The notes beneath the pieces are model-generated. The model had not been told where the DNA came from and did no database searches. It saw only the letters and a list, made by a program, of their open reading frames with translations. Shown in pieces: positions 25,629-47,660 of a DNA stretch of 64,000 nucleotides. Source of the DNA: the human T2T-CHM13v2.0 reference genome, Homo sapiens. The translations under genes were made by a program, and so were the position numbers. The DNA lies in NCBI RefSeq assembly GCF_009914755.1, contig NC_060939.1; one strand, written 5' to 3'. Position 1 is the first letter of the stretch. Each line of letters begins with the position of its first letter.

Positions 25629-25998
25629 TATCATTACGTATGTTAAAAGTCAAGGATCAGTGCTAAATGAACAGAAATACTAATTTATGTATTGATTTTG
25701 TCTTTTTGCATGTTAATTGAATGTAAAATTTCTAGAATTCAAAAATAATCTAAAACTTGTATCACCTTATATTAATCAGGGTTCCTAGGTATAAGCAGTA
25801 TAAACTAATTGTGCTTAACTTGAGCTAATAATAAACTTACTAGAAAGATGCTAAGTGGTCCACAAAAATAATAGGCTGGATAACTAAGTTTATAAATTTT
25901 TCAGGAGCTAAGGGAGATTAAATTGAAAGAAAACACAAAGTCATACCAAAGTCATGTCTGGTTAGGTATTTCTGGACACTTGTGGCCATTACTGTCAC

Positions 25999-26199
25999 AT
26001 TGTAAAGATATTTAATCTAAAAAAGTTTATTGACTATGGAAATCAATAATAGTTTCTGATTTATCAATTTGAAAAAAGAAATATTGTCCAACAAAACCTT
26101 GTAAAACTCAGAGAGATTGATTAATTAAAGTGCTTTAGGCCCTTATACCATTTGTTAAGATGGAAATGATTTTGGTTAAGTCTAGAGTTGTTAAATAGG
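25999..26199 (+). repeat. 201-bp exact direct duplicate of 24040-24240
   Basis: Base-by-base comparison shows no mismatch across attgtaaagat...gttaaatagg. Confidence 0.97.
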
Positions 26200-26924
26200 T
26201 GATGCACTCACCACCAATGCCTGGTCCCATATACCACTTCCACTCGGTGGTGGGCCACTGCTGGTCACATCTAACTATATGACTTTGCAGATAGATAATG
26301 TCCCCTTTATGATAAGCAGCTTGTCACATGGTCATCTGATGGGTCATGGTCAGGTGTTCCACCATGGTCAGGTGTTTAGTATCTAAAAACGCCTAGAACT
26401 AGGCTAGAGCTATTTTATAGGAGGAGCATTGCTACCCTTTAAAAGGGCAGATTTTATGTTATGTAAACTGCATCTCAATAAAGCTGTCATTTTAAAAAAA
26501 GCATTTCACAGCGAAGACATTTAATTTTTTGTTATGGTTACATTTTCTTTTGGGTGCAAGTTTTTTCTCTGGAGTTGGCAATCTCCTTACTTTTTTTTTG
26601 TTTGCCTAATTTCAATGATCCCATCATTAACTTATTCTCAAAATCTCTATCAGAGTTTATTCTCTCAGTACATTCAAATATATATTTTGTTTTTTACATA
26701 TTCTGTTTCATAACTTTCTTAGTGCTTTAGCACTGTGTGTTTACATTGATTTCTGGTCAACTGAGATGTTTCATTTGTATGGGGGAATGTCTTACCCTTA
26801 TGTCTTTCTTTAACTGGTATTGCTATTTTTTGTAACAAAGGGGTGCTCAATTAGATATTTTGCTCTATTCTCCAGCCCTCTCTCACCTTCCCGCCCCCAA
26901 GCCCTTGCTTTTTTGGATGCGCTA

Positions 26925-28245
<1,321 letters not shown>

Positions 28246-28246
28246 A

Positions 28247-28610
28247 CTGAATTAGTCACCTCACACTGCCATAACAAAATACCGTAAGGGTGGCTTCGAA
28301 GACAGAACTGTATTTTCTCACAGTCTGGAGGCTGGAAAGTCCAAGACTAAAGGGTTCAGTTTTTGGTGAGGGCTCTCTTCCTGACTTGCAGACAGCAGAT
28401 GTCTTGCTGTGTCCTCACATGGTGGAGAGAGAGCAAGCTCCCTGGTGTCTCTTTTTACAAAGGCACTAATCCCATCATGAGGGCTCCACTCTCATGTCCC
28501 CATCTAACCCTAATTACCTCTCAAAGGTCCCATCTCTAAATACCATCATGCTGGGGTTTAGGGCTTCAACATTTGAATTTGTTGGTGACACAAACCTTCA
28601 GACCACATCA
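28247..28610 (-). mobile_element. MLT1A-like solo LTR
   Basis: ctgccataacaaaatac...tggtgagggctctcttcctgacttgcagac...cactaatcccatcatgaggg...agggcttcaacat. Confidence 0.85.
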
Positions 28611-30554
28611 CAGACCCTGTATTGTTTTAATCTGTTGATTAATTTGCTTCTTTTTTATTTAGAATTTATACTTTCATTTAGGATTCAGGATATATAACCA
28701 CATGCAAAAGTTTGCTTTATATATATTTGTCAGCTTTTGTGTTCAGATTTTTTCTAGCTTTATAATATGCATAAAATAAAATATTTTCATCTTCTTATTT
28801 TGGAACATTTAAGATAATATGGGAATTCACCTGTTTCTTGAAAATTTGTAGGACTTGACCACAAAACTAGTGAGGTCCAGTCCCTTTCTTGAATGGAACT
28901 TTTGTAATTCCTTAGAAAGTTATCTATTTTACCCATATTTTCAAATATATTATTAAATCTCCTATATTCTTATTAATGTCTGCCTTGTTAATATGCCAAG
29001 GGTTTAGCAAAGTATTTTAAATATTTTAAATTTTTTAATTTTTTTTGTCCATTTTTCCTATACTTCATAGCTCATGCTTTTTACAAGTTTATGTTTTATA
29101 TTTAATCTCCATACTTGTATGATTATATCTTCATTGTGAAATTTTTCCTTCATAAATAAAACTTTTATTCTTTTGTCCTATTATATCTGCATTAAATACT
29201 ACTTTTCATTTTATTTTTATTTATACAAGTAGGAGGTGTTTATAATAGAAAATTAGAAAAGAGAAAAACTGAGAATCATTTTTAGATTAAATACTAATTA
29301 ATTTTTTCAGAGAAATAATATTTTTTCCAATATGAGTGCTTATTTTAATAAAAATCAGAGAAAAAATCAGCAAGAATAAAGAAAATAAAAATCCTATAGT
29401 TAGATATCATCACTGGCAACATTTTAATGAATAATTATTCAGATTTTTTTCTGCATGCATTTATAAATGCATAAAATAGGATTATACTCTACAAATTATT
29501 TTATGACCTTTTCTTTTCTATTAAAAATATATCATGACTGTATTTCTATGTTAATAACTATACATCTACTTTATTATTTTAATGGCTGCTAGCATTGTGC
29601 TGTATGAATGGACAGTTATTTTCTGCTATATTGTTAAACATTTATATGATTTCCTTCCATTTTGTAAAATGTAATTCAATTTAATTTTTGTGTGTGTGCT
29701 GTTATTACACACTACCCTGGAGCCAGCATCCTTTTATGAACATTTTAAACATTTAAAAATGGTTTCCTCATGATGTATCTCTACAGTAACTAGTGAAGAA
29801 TTCATGTTTGCTAATTAAATATCCACAAATTAAAATAACCATAATGTGTAATTTTTCAGCCATCAGATGGGCAGAGACTTTTCTCAATGATATTCTCCAA
29901 TGTGGTTAGGGGTGTGGGCAACTAGGTGCTCTCAAATGCTTCTGGTGGGAGTGTAAATTGGGAGAATCTTCCTTGAAGGCAACTTGGAAATATGTGTCGA
30001 AAGCAGCTGCCCTGGTTTTTCATTTTTACAGATGTTTTATGAGAAAACCTGATTTTTCCAAGATCTTATTGGAAAGGAATCACATTATATATATGTTGTA
30101 AATCCAATCCTAACATTAAAGAATTTTCTTAGGGATATTCCAAATAATGAAGCCAGGTGCCCTGAAGATTTCCTGAAGTGTGCTTTTAAACATTTAAAAT
30201 TTCTTTTGACACCTATATAAATCATCATTGCCTTGGGGCTCCATTCAAAACAGAACCAGGATTTTATTTTTGATATATAGTGGTAGGACAGGATGGGAAC
30301 AGATCTGCTGCTTTTTACTCTGGACTTTCCCAAATGGGAAAGATCTTTAAACACTTTCCTGACATTTCTTGCCTTTAAATACTATATTTCTGTGTTTTAA
30401 TTGCGTATATTGATGGAGATGCTGTGACTGTAGAATCTGTATACAGGGTGTGAAGTCTGGAAGCCCAGAGGAGAGCTTCACGTTGTTCATGCTCTGATGG
30501 TTGCACGTTGGTTTATTGGACTGTTCAACTTTCCCCACTTGTTTTCTGTTTTAG

Positions 30555-30747
30555 GTGGCATGTGGGCTCTTGGGGGCCCTGCTCAGCTACCTGTGGAGTT
30601 GGAATTCAGACCCGAGATGTGTACTGCCTGCACCCAGGGGAGACCCCTGCCCCTCCTGAGGAGTGCCGAGATGAAAAGCCCCATGCTTTACAAGCATGCA
30701 ATCAGTTTGACTGCCCTCCTGGCTGGCACATTGAAGAATGGCAGCAG
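30555..30747 (+). CDS. ADAMTSL3: ADAMTSL3 coding exon (probably exon 18): (R)WHVGSWGPCSATCGVG...CPPGWHIEEWQQ
   Basis: Acceptor ttctgttttAG|G, donor CAG|GTAGGG at 30748. 193 nt, phase 2 to phase 0. Encodes a full TSR plus the start of the next one. Confidence 0.96.
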
Positions 30748-30861
30748 GTAGGGCAGACTGGCCACTCCAGGGCCCTCTGTGATTATGACTGTGAGAGGCC
30801 CTGCACTGCACTAACATAGAGTGGGCCAAGCCTGCCGCCTCACCCCCTCTTGTCTTCTTAG

Positions 30862-31041
30862 TGTTCCAGGACTTGTGGCGGGGGAACTCAGAACAGAAGA
30901 GTCACCTGTCGGCAGCTGCTAACGGATGGCAGCTTTTTGAATCTCTCAGATGAATTGTGCCAAGGACCCAAGGCATCGTCTCACAAGTCCTGTGCCAGGA
31001 CAGACTGTCCTCCACATTTAGCTGTGGGAGACTGGTCGAAG
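30862..31041 (+). CDS. ADAMTSL3: ADAMTSL3 coding exon (probably exon 19): CSRTCGGGTQNRRVTCRQLLTDGSFLNLSDELCQGPKASSHKSCARTDCPPHLAVGDWSK
   Basis: Acceptor cttgtcttcttAG|TGT, donor AAG|GTAAGG at 31042. 180 nt, phase 0-0. I translated it by hand because this frame is missing from the ORF track. It has the TSR cysteine pattern and an NLS sequon. Confidence 0.95.
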
Positions 31042-31833
31042 GTAAGGGCCAGGCTCAACTTTATAGTCCCTTCTTTTCTGCCCCTCCTTTGTTTCAGCTT
31101 CTAAATATTTCCACAAGATCAGGCTGGAACTACTGTGAGATGAGTATGGGTCCTAGGGGGCCACATTTAAGGAGGTGCTCACTCACTCTCGGGTTTGTGC
31201 AAGTTCCGTAGTCCAGGCCTGCACACAATGATTCATTTCCAGTTTTTACTCAATATTATTCAAAGTGTTATCATCATCATTCTCCCAAACCAGCCCCTTC
31301 TTTTGGAACTACCAGGATCATAGTATCCCAGGATAAACTCAGAATCACTTTGGTTCCTCTCTTCCTTGTGTCCTCCCATGTGGAATCATTCATTAAGCCC
31401 CGTCATTCCAACATTTTGAACATCTTCCATGCCTTAACTTCCTCTGTGTTCTGTCACTTATGCTGTTAATTTTACCCTTCATCATGGCAAGCTTGAATTA
31501 GTGCAGTGAGTAGAATTCTAGTAGATCGTTTCAGTGCTGGCAGGGCTTGACCCAGTCTAGTAATGAAGCCTTATTTTTCAGGTGGGGGAAATTAAATCCC
31601 AATAGCTGAAGTAAGCTGCCTAAGCTCCACAGCTGGAAAAGTAGCAGAATCCACTTGTTTTGACTTTATTCCAAGAGTTCTTTCTGTTATATTACACTGC
31701 CCACTTGATCTTTCTGTATTACTCTCCCATCTCCAGACTAGCTAACATCCCATAGTGTTCCCATCACTGTGTCCATCAAGTCTCCAGCTTGTTCAGAATC
31801 TTCCATAAGTCTGATTGCTTGCAAAATCAAGTA

Positions 31834-32160
31834 CAGTAGTCCCAGTTTATTCACAGGGAATACAGTCCAAGACCCCAGTGGATGCCTGAAACTGTGGATC
31901 ATACTGAATTTTATATATCCTATGTTTTTTTTTATCTGATAACTGAGAAGACTACTTAAGTGACTAATAGGCAGGTAGCATGGATGGAATGATTCATGTC
32001 CTGGGCAGATGGAGCGAGATGGTGAGAGATTTCATCACACTACTCAGAACGTCATGCAAACTAAAACTTACAAATTGTTTATTTCTGGAATGTTCTATTT
32101 AATATTTTTGGACCACAGTTAACTGTGGAAAGCGAAACCGTGGATAAGAAGGGACTATTG
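31834..32160. mobile_element. MER44-like (TcMar-Tigger) MITE
   Basis: Terminal inverted repeats cagtagtccc.../...gggactattg flanked by TA target-site dinucleotides. Confidence 0.85.
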
Positions 32161-32439
32161 TATATGTTCCCCAGAATAGCTGGTAGGGCCTTTCTTGCAC
32201 TCATGGCTCTCTTACTCCAGTCCTTATTCTTCTTCCAGCCCTTTGCTCCAGTCTTGCTGCATCCTTAACATCTGCAGGCTGAGATTTTAGCACAGATTCC
32301 AAAACACATAATTAGTTATGTTATCAGTGTCTTGTAACCTTCAGTCACTGCTAACTGGTAGGTATCTTCTTGGAGTGGAGACCCAACCCCAACATCAGAA
32401 CTAACCTCAAGAAATAAGGAAGGACAGTGAGTGACATTC

Positions 32440-32850
32440 ACAACCTGCTCTGAGTCCTAGGTTCAGTGCCAGGCATAGTCATGACCTGCTCCTCTCATAT
32501 CATCCTACGATAGCCCCAGAAGCAGACGTTGTCTCCCTTTTTATAGATGAGAAAAACAGAGGTTCATTCAGATTAAGTAACTTGCCCAAGGACAGAGATA
32601 GATTCAAACCCAGGCCTGTGTGACCCAAAATTATTACACATGTATACACTCCTGTCTTTTATGCAAGAGAAAAGGCTTTTGAGTCCAACAGACCCATGCT
32701 GGTACCCCAGCTCTAAAGCCTAAATCTGGGTGGCCTTGTTAAATACACCTAACCTCTCTGAGCTTCCGTTTACTTTCGCTAAATGCAATGGTTCTTGTGA
32801 GGATAACATAAGATATTTGACATGGCAATGTCTAGTAGAGTAGGCTCTTC
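32440..32850. mobile_element. Two MIR fragments in opposite orientation
   Basis: tttatagatgagaaaaacagagg...taagtaacttgcccaagg (-) and cctaacctctctgagcttccgttt (+). Confidence 0.65.
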
Positions 32851-33679
32851 CCATTGCCCTTGATAGAAGGTCCACATTTCTGGCTGTAGGTTGGATTAAC
32901 AGTATTTCTGTACATATATCCAGATTGGGATTTTTCCTGTTTTAACCGTGTAGTTTTGTTAAGTGCTAGTATTTTAAAACTGTCTTAACTGAAAACCTAC
33001 AGGTCATTATCCTCAATCAAGGCCACTGAAGGTCTACATAAACTTTCCCTGAAACCTCAGAAGAGGCCCAAGGAAAGAGATGAACCCATCTCTCCAGGGT
33101 CTACAGAGCAGGAGTTGCCCTAGGATCCAGCCACCAATACCCACTTCCTCTATCCAACTCACAAGCAGCTGGAGACAGTGCCAGTGGCCACAGCTCTCCC
33201 CGGAAAGTTGCCATACTATAGGTCAATGACTTGAGGGACAGGAGTCCCTCCTGCAGTCAGGTCCTAAACAAAGAGAAAGGACTGATCCAGGTGAGACCAC
33301 CACCCCAAAGGAGGGTGGGAAGGACAGGTAGAAGGTCTGTCTGGAGAGCTTTGTGTGCAAAAGTGGGTTTGCTTAATTTTCCTCCTACTTGCACAAGGAA
33401 CAATAGACGGCCCAAGGGAGAATCATTCTTTTGGGAATTCCTTTGAGACTAGGTCAGGCAGTGGGGGCTGGGCAAAGGTGTTAGAGAGGTGGGTAGCCTG
33501 GGTGGGCTAGTGTGTAGGCAGTATTTATTCCATCACCCAGCTAAGCCCCAAGAGTGAAGTCTTACCTTGCCCCATTGTCAGGAGAGATGAAGGTTCCAGT
33601 TACTGTTTCCATAAAGTTAGGGACAGAAGGAAGGGCCACAATTTTGTGGGGAGAATCTTGGCATTGTGATGCGTGATTC

Positions 33680-33845
33680 TCCTTGCTACACTTAGTGTGG
33701 CCCAAGGACTAGTCAAATTGACATCAGCAGGGAACTTATAAGAAATGAGGAATCTCAAGTCCCACCCAGACCTAAGGAATCAGAGTCTGCATTTCAACAA
33801 GATCCCTGGGTGTTGTAATGATACACTTGCAGTGTGAGAAGTGTT
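33680..33845. mobile_element. MER5-like hAT MITE
   Basis: agaaatgaggaatctcaagtcccacccagacct...gaatcagagtctgcatttcaacaagatccc. Confidence 0.7.
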
Positions 33846-36162
33846 TCCTTATCTGCCTCTCATTCTTGTTTGGGTGAGTTAGCCCTTACATGTGTCCAAG
33901 GTAGGAATGGCCCTGGGTAGTGACTTCTTTGATCAAGTGCTGCCCTAACCTAAAGGGAGGAGGCAAGAAAAGGGAAGAACAGCAAAGGGGCAGATATTGA
34001 GGAGGACAAACCAGACAGCTTGTTTCTGGATGCAGCGAGGGAGCACCTAGAACCACTGCCAAGCTCTAAAATACCCCACTTTGCTTCTGTCCTTGCTTCT
34101 TTCCTCTAAGAACAAACAGGCCTTCACAGTTATATCCTGCCTGGTGGAACAAACGGTTGTCACTGGTGTCTTAGAGTGGAGGCTACTGGTGACATCACCA
34201 CTTTCCTCCGTGTCCGCTCTCTCAGTGAATAACTGAATTTACAGTTGCCAGTTGCGTATCACTAAAGTAACACCATTGCACATCTATGTGGGCCCACTTG
34301 TGTGTCTTTGCTCTTGTGGCTTTCAAATCCTTGGTCCAACTGTGAGCTTTCCTCTTCTGTGAAGTTTTCCACTTCCTAAAGTCACCCAGCATTTCCGACT
34401 TTTAAATCACAGTGACCCTAATTTTTACTGTTTTGCAATGGTAGCTATTTCCTGAGCATCCACATGGTCTTCCCATCTGGTTTATATTGTCCTTGAGGCC
34501 AGTGGCCATGGGATTGCCAACAGGTCCTCCAGTTGTTCAGAGCTCTAAGCAAGTAAATACTATTCCTCAACAGTCTTTGCAAAGTCAGAGAAAATCCAAA
34601 GTGGTGTTGAAATAGTGATCTTTAGAAGAGCTCAGGTCTGCTAACACAGGAGAGGCAGATCGTTCATTGGAGGGGTTTTTGTTGAGACAAAGAAGAAAAG
34701 GAAACTTAAGAGGAGGCTACCCATGTGAGCTGGTTTGGACTGGAGGCTGTTTAGTTTCATAGGCAACCATTCATCAGGGCAAAGAGCAAGCTCTTCTGTG
34801 CTCCAAGAGGTCAGCCCAAACTCAAACAAGACACTCTGGCTTCCAGTCATGACCTCACATCTAGGAAGCCCCTATCTGGGAGGAAGGGCAAGCGTATATA
34901 CACGCACAAGAAAACAGAGGCAGCCTCAGCCTGTGACACCAAAAGCCATTGGTGAGGCTTGAGCGCAGTCAGGCACACAACCTGTTGCACAGAAATTTTA
35001 GTTTTCTACTGGATGGAGCTTTCTCCTGTTAGTTAAAATTTCTTCTCATCAGAGTTGCTTTTTTTTGGCAGAGACTCTGATACCAAATTGCCACCCTTCT
35101 TAAAGCTTCCTGCCAAACTAGTCCTTCTGCCATGGGATGGCTCACTTGGGGGCAGCCATCCATTTTGTGGTTCTGGATAAGGTCCTTCCACGTTGAAACT
35201 GGCCACTAACCCTGGACACAGAAAGGCTGAGCAGCCACGCCAGAATTTCCATTCTTCACGGAGCCAGGCCTCTGGCTTGCAGCCAGAATCTTCCTCTTCC
35301 CCGACACTAGCTCTATTCATGATATGTTTAAGCTCTGTCCATTCATTGGCTTATGAGTTTGCCTTGGTTCCTTAGATCTGGACCAAGCCTTAGGCAGAAA
35401 GGAGCCTTCAGTTCTTACACTGCTTTTGAAGTTATAAGAAAGGAGCATTGACTCATATCAGGCAATCTTCCCAAATGGTGAATTTCTGTGATCCACATAC
35501 CCCTTGTAGCCTGTTTTGTGTCCCACCTCTTGGCTGAAATAGCCTCCTTTATTTTCTGTACTTTGATGGAACATTTGATTATTTTGTTTATCTTCACCTT
35601 TTTCCTTCATCATGTTTCTTGGTGTTTTTATTTTTTCTACTTATCTGACTATGTCTTTTCTGTTGGCTTCTCTTCTTCCAAATCTCAAAAAGCCCAATAT
35701 TTGATCCTTTTCCATTGCTACACTTTTCCACTGTGGTTGATTCTGTGTCCTGAATTCTTTAACTCCCATGGATGATTTTCAATCTCCAGAAAGTCTCTAA
35801 CCTTCTAACCACGTCTCCAGCTCTCCATCTAGTTTATATCCTCATCGTGGGAAAGCAAAGGGACAGCCTCTTCACTCTCTCCCAACCAGTTCTCCCCACT
35901 TCCTGTCTCTGTCCATGTACCACTGTCTTCCAACACTTATGATCATCTCTGAGTTCTTCACCTCCTATATTGTTATTCGTATCTGCCAACTCTTCAACTC
36001 TTGAACTATTAATATATCTAATATGCTAAGTAAAAAGGAAAATATCTCTATAACTGAAAAATGTTATAAAGAACAACCCAAGATATGTCCAGGATACATG
36101 GATTTTAAAATATGGCATTCCCCGATTTTCCATAGAACTATGAATTACAACTCGTGAAGGAA

Positions 36163-36354
36163 GTAGTGTGTTGAAGTCAGTTCTTACTGGCCAGTGAGAA
36201 CCACTTATGATCTCATCCCAACTTGTGCTCAGTCACATAGGGTTGATAGCTGGAAATCAGCCATGATGGGAGTATTTACACCACAGAAACTGGCAAAACC
36301 ATCATGGCTATTTCCTCCAAGAACATGTTTTGAAACATTTACCAGCACACAAGT
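36163..36354. mobile_element. MER63A-like hAT-Blackjack MITE
   Basis: gaaatcagccatgatgggagtatttacaccacagaaa...aaacatttaccagcacac. Confidence 0.75.
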
Positions 36355-36366
36355 GCACAAAAGCTT

Positions 36367-36370
<4 letters not shown>

Positions 36371-36413
<43 letters not shown>
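36371..36413. repeat. (AC)~21 microsatellite
   Basis: Directly visible. Confidence 0.97.
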
Positions 36414-36417
<4 letters not shown>

Positions 36418-36817
36418 TATGAATGAAACACTTTCAGCTTATCGATGGTGCTTAGGATGGGAGTGCCCTCAAGAAGCTCCCATCTCTGAGCTCTTTGATA
36501 CAAAGTCTAAGAAACTTGGTTGGGCTTCCTTAAGACATTTTTTATCTTTATCTTCATAACTGGTGTTTCTTGGGGCCAGGAAATATCAGACCTCTGGGTG
36601 AAGATACATTCTATGAATCATTATCCTACAGATTTAATTTGGTCTTGATCGAAGGTTGTTGATCTAAATGCATTAACTGTATGTTCAGATATTCTTTCTG
36701 TGAATAAAAGACCAGTTCAGCTCTTAAGGTTTATTATAAAACTCTTCTTTTACCATTTTTATTATGTGTTATTAATTATGAGTTTTTTATTATGAATCAC
36801 TAGGCAGATAACAATTC

Positions 36818-44481
<7,664 letters not shown>

Positions 44482-44623
44482 TTTTTGCTAAGCACTCTTC
44501 TACTGGAATAATAGTGTCTTTTTAGACTGAATCTGACAGTTTACTCTTATATTATGACCCATCCAAAATATGCCCAGTGGATTCAAATTCATGTAGTTCT
44601 ATCTGTTCCATGTGTTTTAAGTT

Positions 44624-44665
44624 ACACACACACACCGCACAGGCACACACACACACACACACACA
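44624..44665. repeat. Imperfect (CA)n
   Basis: Directly visible. Confidence 0.9.
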
Positions 44666-44837
44666 TAACCTGAATACACTTTATTTTCCTGACCCAAAGT
44701 AACTGCCAGAGGGGAAGACCCATTTCTGCACATGTTTGTATCCCACTTGGTGCTTGGTAAACACTTTTTGGCTGAAGTATAAAGATTTATAAAAGCTTCT
44801 TCTACTCTAAATAGGCCTATTTCCATAGCCTTACAAA

Positions 44838-45830
44838 CTCACTCATTTAATCAACATTTACTGAGCATTGCTATGTTGATTACCCTAGGCACCAGGAACC
44901 AGAGACAACTAAGAATAGTTTTCAGTGAGCTCACTGTTTAAAAAGGCAGGCAGAAGAAATGACATTTACAACCATGTTAAAAATGCCCAATAAAGGTGTT
45001 CTGTCTACAGAGCTACGTGAAAATTGAAGGGAAACGTTTAAGTCTGCCTGGGTCACTGGAAAGTGTTGCATAAGATGCAGCTTTGGAGTTGCGTCTTAAG
45101 AGATGAGTGCAAACTGTGTGGAAATGAGACAGAGGGGTGTTCTAGAGTGACAAGCGTGTATATAAAGGCACAGATTTGGGAGAGTTTATCAGTCTTGTGT
45201 GGCTTGAGAACAGGATGCACTGAGTAAGTGCTGGTAGGTGAGATGGAAAGGAGAGATTACAGCTGGATTGTGAAGGCTTTAGGGTATTGGATTTATCCCT
45301 ACAGTCATTGAGAGCATGTTGGAAGGTGTTTGAATGGGGAAGTAAAATGTAAGGTTTTAGACATATAATTCTGGCTGCACTATGGATAAGGTATTAGAGG
45401 AAGAAGGAATTGAAGCTTGAAAAACCTTGTTAGATGGTGATTGGAATAAAATCAACAAGAGAGAATGAAGAAGCAGTTGGGATAGAGAGTAGTAAGTGGT
45501 TTTGAACAATATGTAGGAGATTTAACTGACATATTTGGCAATTGAATTGACAGGACATGAGCAAAAAAGAGGAGTGTTTTGTATTTTTGTCCTGGGAAGC
45601 TAATGAATGAGACGACATTAATTTTAAAATTAATTAGAAAGAAGAAGCATATTCAGAAAGTGACTTGAAAGGGAGAGAAAAATGGCTTATTTTAGACATA
45701 CATGTAGTTTGAGAGTCTATAAAGGTATCAGTAAAGAATTACAGCTCAGAAAAGATCTACATTAAAGTTATAATTGCGTGAATCATCAACACATATGTGG
45801 TAGTTGAAACCATGGAAGATGACTACCATG
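44838..45830 (-). mobile_element. L2 fragment
   Basis: ctcactcatttaatcaacatttactgagcattgctatg (reverse-complement L2 tail) plus a purine-rich body. Confidence 0.7.
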
Positions 45831-46499
45831 ATATCTAAAAGTATATTATTGACAGTAGTCCCTTTAAAAATTATTTGAAGGCTTCTAGTGAAGCAAAATC
45901 ATGGTTGTAGCATAGTTACTATTCCCAAATCCCTCATTAAAAAACAAAAAGCCGAGCAATTAGGAATGCAGAAGGAAAGGAAAAACAACAGAGGTAATTT
46001 TAACAAAAGTAATATAAGTAGGTGAGGCCAAACCACACAGTGCAGACACTGTTCAGAAATGGCAGAATTAGCAGCTGGGCAGCGATAAAAAAGAGGAGAG
46101 ACAGGGCCAAGAGTTGTGGAACACAGATGTCACGAATAAATAGCATGACAAGAAAATGATCCTACTCTGAGTAGAACCCTCAGCAAATAGGTCTGAGACC
46201 AATCAGCCAAATTGAGGAAGGACTCCAGAGTGTGATTGGTTCCAGAGTGTGATTGGATGCAAGAAAGATTGTGCAGAACCACTAAAGGGCTTAAGAAGTG
46301 CCCAAGAAAAGTTGTCAGAATTATAATCCAAGTGGAGAAGGAACACAAGAGGTAAAGGAAAGAGATGTTCAGATCCTTGGGAGTTGGGGAGTCCAGAGAT
46401 ACAAATCCCAGAATTGTGGCCAAATTGTTGCATATAATACTTCCTTTTAACACCAGAGGAGGAAGCTCTTAACAGTGAAGATAACTATCCTGAAATATT

Positions 46500-47660
<1,161 letters not shown>

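Noticed and set aside
33000-35400. Repeat-poor, higher-GC stretch as a possible intronic enhancer
   Set aside because: No CpG island or motif cluster beyond chance is visible from sequence alone.
46224-46257. Small tandem duplications and palindromes (also ~26346-26376, ~43020-43065, 32113-32128, 57775-57788)
   Set aside because: Short, mostly inside repeats, and expected from ordinary slippage. They do not form a repeat-spacer array.
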